Of a stretch of 64,000 nt of DNA, positions 59,121 through 64,000 are shown in pieces; position 1 is the stretch's first letter; each line of letters starts with the position of its first letter. The position numbers were made by a program, and so were the translations under genes. The notes beneath the pieces were generated by a model. That model worked only from the letters and a program-made list of their open reading frames with translations, did not search any database and was not told the origin of the DNA. This DNA is from Eledone cirrhosa (taxonomy: Eukaryota), in the NCBI GenBank assembly GCA_964016885.1, contig OZ024749.1, positions 16,492,001-16,556,000 on the forward strand, given 5' to 3'.

Positions 59121-59476
59121 AGCTGAACCATCCATTCTAACAACTCACATCTTATCAATTCATTTATTTTCTGATTTACAACATATAGCTGTTGCCGTCT
59201 GTGTGTGTGTGTGTGTGTGTGTGTATTACTACGTTTGTGTATTAGTGTGCGTGTGAGTGTGTGTGAGAGTGAGTGTGTGTGTGAGTGTGTGGGGGGATGT
59301 GTGTGTGAGTGTGTATTACTACGTGTGCGTATTAGTGTGTGTGTGGGTGTCAGTGTATGTTTGTGAATTTGTAGTTGAATAAGTGTATGTGTGTACGAGT
59401 GTGTCTGTATGTGTGCACATGAATGTATGTGAGTGTTTATTAACAGTGTCGTTCCAGCTATACGTATGTGGATGTA

Positions 59477-59580
<104 letters not shown>

Positions 59581-60375
59581 TGTGTGTATATATACACACA
59601 CACAAACACACAGGTGTGTATGTATGTATTGAGGTTTTGACGTGTGTGTGTGTGTGTGCGTGTAGCTCTAGCCATGGTTATCAATCAAAGCGATAATTCT
59701 CTGTCGAATTTAAACAAGAAATGGTTTTCTTCATTGCTGCCAAAACTTCACATTAAACACTGCCTTCACGAACAACAAATTCCCCCTCCCCCAACACTAC
59801 CACCAAACCACATCACCACACTACGCCACACCGTCGGATGGTACACACCGCTACGTCTATATACATACTCCAATGTAATCCTCACCCCTACCTCGCCTAC
59901 AAGCACCACCACCCACCCCACCTAATACAATCTGACCTTCAAAAGTTCAAACTAAACGGTTTATGGTTTTTATCGTAATAACCAAGTCCCAGCTGTTGTT
60001 TATTTCTGAGTTTAGAAGGATCTAGAAAGGCTGTAGGTATAGCCAATATCAAGTATATACATATAGGCTATGTGGGCTGCAACCCAGGGCCTCATAGCAG
60101 AGGTGGGGATTGTTTTAAATACATGCTTATATATATATATAAGAAGGAATTTTTAGTTTACTTGAAGCATTGTATATGGCATAAAGAATTCGACGTTTGA
60201 AAGCCATGACAATATGGGTTTAGACGGAGAATAATTAAATTGTAAGAAACAGAGGTTGTTTTTTTACCTTAATTTATTCATATGTCCTGGTATTTCGAGA
60301 TTAATATCTCTTCTTCCGAGGAAAACAAAGGAACTATTCCAGTGTCTGATGTGGCTTGCTATATATATATATATA

Positions 60376-60560
60376 TCATCATCATCATCATCATTTTACG
60401 TCCACTTTTCCCTGTTTGCAAGGGTGGGACGAGACCTCTTCAGCACAGCATCTCTCCATTTGTCACGGTTCTTCGTCATCTCAGCTGTGAGCTTCAGCGA
60501 TCTGAGGTCAACTCTCACCACCTCTGCCCATGTTTTCCGTGGTCTTCCTCTACTGCATCT
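60376..60560 (-). mobile_element. RTE 3'-end fragment
   Basis: Minus strand encodes RGRPRKTWAEVV..DL..NRDKWR and ends in (GAT)n. Confidence 0.8.
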
Positions 60561-60622
60561 TCATTCCACTATATTTACTATTTTAATAACCTCTGTCATT
60601 TTCGTTTAACAATTTTATTTAC

Positions 60623-61064
60623 ACAATTAAGTTAAAGATGTACATCCATATATGTATACTGAAATACTAGTATGTATATGAATACACACGTATACATATG
60701 TAGGTGTACCAAGTCTGCCCACTACTAATTTTCATAGAAAAAGCATATAACGATATGTGCTTTTACGATTCTCTAGAGAGGCCGGAAGATAGGTAAATAT
60801 TGCTGATGAGTTGTAACAACAACGAAACTAGTTCAATATTCCTTGTCTGGCTTTCTGGAAAATAGAGGAGAGGTGTTTCCTCAAAAACCAGTATGACTCT
60901 AAAAACCGGTTTGTCTGTGTGTTTACATACAGAATAGCTGGCCACTCACAGTAAAGTGACCAGTGAAAAAACTTGGTACACCTACATATGTATACGTGTG
61001 TGTATTCATATACATACTAGTATTTCAGTATACATATATGGATGTACATCTTTAACTTAATTGT
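60623..61064. mobile_element. About 440-bp element with about 93-bp inverted termini enclosing a hammerhead
   Basis: 60623-60715 is the reverse complement of 60971-61064. Confidence 0.8.
60796..60840 (+). ncRNA. Canonical minimal type I hammerhead
   Basis: AATATTG-CTGATGA-GTTG/CAAC-GAAA-ctag-TT-CAATATT. Confidence 0.92.
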
Positions 61065-61824
61065 TTAAGCGTCAGTCATACAAAAGTGAGTTACAAACGA
61101 AACGAAATTTAATTTCGTTTCGTTATTTGTTTTTAATTTTATTTACATTATTCTTAAACTCCGGAGCTGGAAATCATTCGGTTATTCTAAATAGAATATT
61201 AGTCTAACGACACCTTTTATACCATAAATGTATTTTTTGTCGTTTCAAGAAATTGTTCTTCTCGCCCCACATAACGGCGCAATTATCCTCGCTTTTTTTC
61301 CTGTTCATTGCCAGGGAACGTCTTCACGAACCAAAGGATCGTCTTCCTGCTTTCCTTCGGTTGTAACGTTTTTCGAAATGATTACTTCTGCGTCCACAGA
61401 TTGATTTTTTTTGTTTCAGAAGATCCCGTTAAGGGTGAAAGTAACGATTCTTTCCTTGAACTTTAATCTGTTCTTATAGTATATATTGAACAATGAAATA
61501 CAAAAGGCGAACTTTGGTGCTTAATCAGTTCATTGTTTTACGATCGTTCCAGAAGTTTGATTAATCATAATAAATCAGTATAGTGACTAATCAATGTAAT
61601 TCCATATTATTAATCTCCATACTCCAGATCTATCTCACCGACTTCTTCAGAAACACATTAAAATATAGCTATGAAACATGGCATTTTTTGTCAAAATCTA
61701 GAATATTATATCTTGGTAGGGTCATGTTGTCTTAATATTGCCAATTTGCTAAACAAATACATCGCCGCCTAGAATATTATAATCCTTATTAAATACATAT
61801 CTTTTTTTCTTTCGGTGTCAGCGC

Positions 61825-62420
61825 TGTTTTAGGGGTCGGCGTAGATTGTGTAGGCCCTCAGATTCATTTTTATCTTTTATTAAGTTTTTTTGTGTTTTTT
61901 TTTTTTTTGTAAGTGTCTCAAACATACTCCAGCCAAAGACCCTAGATGCATTAATCCCGACCTGTCTTTTGGTGTCCTCTTTTTTAGAGGTCGGCGTGGA
62001 TTCTGTAGGTTCTCACATTCTTGTACTTTTATTTTTCGTTAAGTTTTTGTGAGCAGGTACTAGAGGTACCAAATGTTCTCCAGCCCAGGACCCTAATAGC
62101 TTTAAATCCAGGCCTGTCTTTTGGAGTCCTGTTTTAGAGGTTGGTAAATTGTGTAGACTCTCATATTCATGTACTTCTATTTTCATGGTTTCCTGTGAGC
62201 AAGGGCTGTGGGCCCCAAATGTTTTTTAATCCAAGGCCTCTCGTTACTTTAATCCCGGCATGTCTTTAGGTGTCCTAGTTTTAAAGGTCGGTGTGGATGG
62301 ATGCTGAAATTTCGACATCGTTCTATGTGTAGGCAAACATTTGTGTACGCTTAGCTTTCGTTAAGCTTCTGGTAAGCAGCTGCTAGGGGGTCCCAAATGA
62401 TCTTTAGCCCAAGACCCTAG
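61825..62420. repeat. Diverged tandem repeat of about 150 bp (about 4 units)
   Basis: Recurring ttttag..gtcggcgt..gtagg..ctca and aatcc..ctgtctttt.g.gtcct motifs near 61830, 61985, 62135 and 62283. Confidence 0.7.
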
Positions 62421-63187
62421 TTCCTTCCTCTTCTTCATTCACTTGTCTCTTCTCCTTCAGTCTCTTCTTCTCCTTCTTCTTCTCCTTCACTTTCTTCTTC
62501 TCATTTTCCTTCTCCTAATTATCTAAACTGTGGTTAAGATTGTCGAGTGGAAAGCCGACACAATGCTAGTAGTTTGGGGCAGAATCCTCAGACAAGCACT
62601 ACAGAGGGTTCTATCAGAAGCATCAGTCTCCAATTGATCCAGGTAGATCCCCATGCGGGAGAAACCGAACCGAGCTCATACTGTCCATATATGTTTTACA
62701 ATAGATTACCAAAAATGTATCTAACCTTCCTCCTTCACATCCAACTGAAGCTCTGTCTTCAGTTTTCTTTGTTTAATAATTTATTTGGTCATTAGATCAT
62801 TACGAAACCTGGAAAGCTTCAATGGGGTACATAATATGTACCGAGAAAGGACCTGGTACTCAGATCAGACCGAAGAAACAATATTTCGATTGGTCTTTCC
62901 ATTGTTGATGATATTTGCTGCTCACAATACCTAACATCACTAACAAACTATCAGAAATCACCGGTGGTTCTCCGATACAAAACTTTATTTTAAGATGTAT
63001 ATATTTGTCTCAAAACATTCCATTGTTTTATATAAGAATTTTTATTAAGTTACGTTCCAAACATCTACTTAATGATAAGAAAATTGGCTATATTACTAAA
63101 TTCCTTCAAATTCTCGATCATTTGCAAAATTATTTGAAAATATATTTCTATAGAAATATCTTGGTGCTGTTGACAGTACTGTGAACT

Positions 63188-63347
63188 GTACCACACTGTG
63201 GTACCTATTTACAGCTAGGTGGACTGGACATAATTCAGTGTAGTATACCACACTGTGGAACCTACTTACAGCTAGCTGGACTGAGCTGTTGACACAGTAA
63301 AGTGGACTATACCATACTGTGGTACCTACTTACAGCTAGCTGGACTG
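63188..63347. repeat. Three short direct repeats (taccacactgtggtacctatttacagctaggtggactg)
   Basis: Direct reading; SINE/LINE-tail-like. Confidence 0.7.
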
Positions 63348-64000
63348 TTTTGTGATTGCTATAATATATACAATATAATGTTTGTGTTAACTAGAGAAAT
63401 CTCTAATTATGGTGTAGTCGTGATACGATCTGAAGAATAAGCGGAAATATTTTGGTAAGGTTACTGCAAAGAACTGGGTTGTCTTCGTGACAAAAACTTT
63501 GGTATCTCTGTATCTTGATGTGAGGAGGGGGAGTATGTGTGTGTACGTATCAGTGTGTACGTATACGTGTGTGTGAATGTGCATGTGTAAGTGTGCACGT
63601 GTGAATGTGTGCGTGTATGTGTGTGTCATTGTGGCACCTTGAAAATGTCAGCGTTGAGGTGAGATTGTTACGAGCAGACGTGCGCACGCAGATACACATC
63701 GACATACACACGTACACACACACACACATATATACACAATATATATAAACGCACACATGCACGCACTCGTGCATACACACAGACATACACATATATACAC
63801 GCAGTGACATATATATGTGTGTGCACTCAAATATTTTGACAAACACGCATACGTACACAGGTAGATACACCGTGCGTACACACACACACGCGCGCGCGCT
63901 CGCGCGGCACTGAGTGATCCTTTTGGTGGTTGCTCAAGCTGCTAGGAATAGCAGCCAAATTTCCTCCAAAAAAGATAAATTTGAATATTGTAGACCTAAG

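Noticed and set aside
58094-59256. Pro-rich, Thr-rich (mucin-like) or Val-rich ORFs
   Set aside because: Open in several frames because of (ACC)n composition, and they begin in pLTR or microsatellite sequence.
61065-63180. Host exons in the less repetitive right end
   Set aside because: Only short ORFs without recognisable motifs; small exons cannot be excluded without RNA data.

Overview
Eukaryotic, gene-free, repeat-saturated DNA, probably octopus or another cephalopod, judged from octopus-type tRNA-derived SINEs and very long compound (TA)n tracts. From about 0.4 to 56 kb the window is a chain of retroelement modules separated by interrupted (TA)n microsatellites. The modules include Penelope-like elements (PLEs; one with an intact RT+GIY-YIG ORF at 43715-45889 and several fragments), many PLE pseudo-LTR-like or non-coding modules that each carry a different hammerhead ribozyme (HHR), three RTE-type LINEs and a bipartite non-autonomous RTE derivative. 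Four structures stand out. (1) A nearly homogeneous 310-bp HHR-containing tandem array (retrozyme-like, 10.9-17.5 kb) with a PLE-style head-to-head inversion. (2) A candidate rearranged (non-circularly permuted), kink-turn-containing hammerhead found in two diverged families. (3) An imperfect palindrome of about 30 kb (9.6-39.8 kb) centred on the 5' inversion of a truncated PLE, echoed by smaller mirror duplications. (4) A covarying 5'-3' panhandle in the RTE family. Nearly all listed ORFs are microsatellite artefacts. All RNA folds were assigned by eye and are untested.
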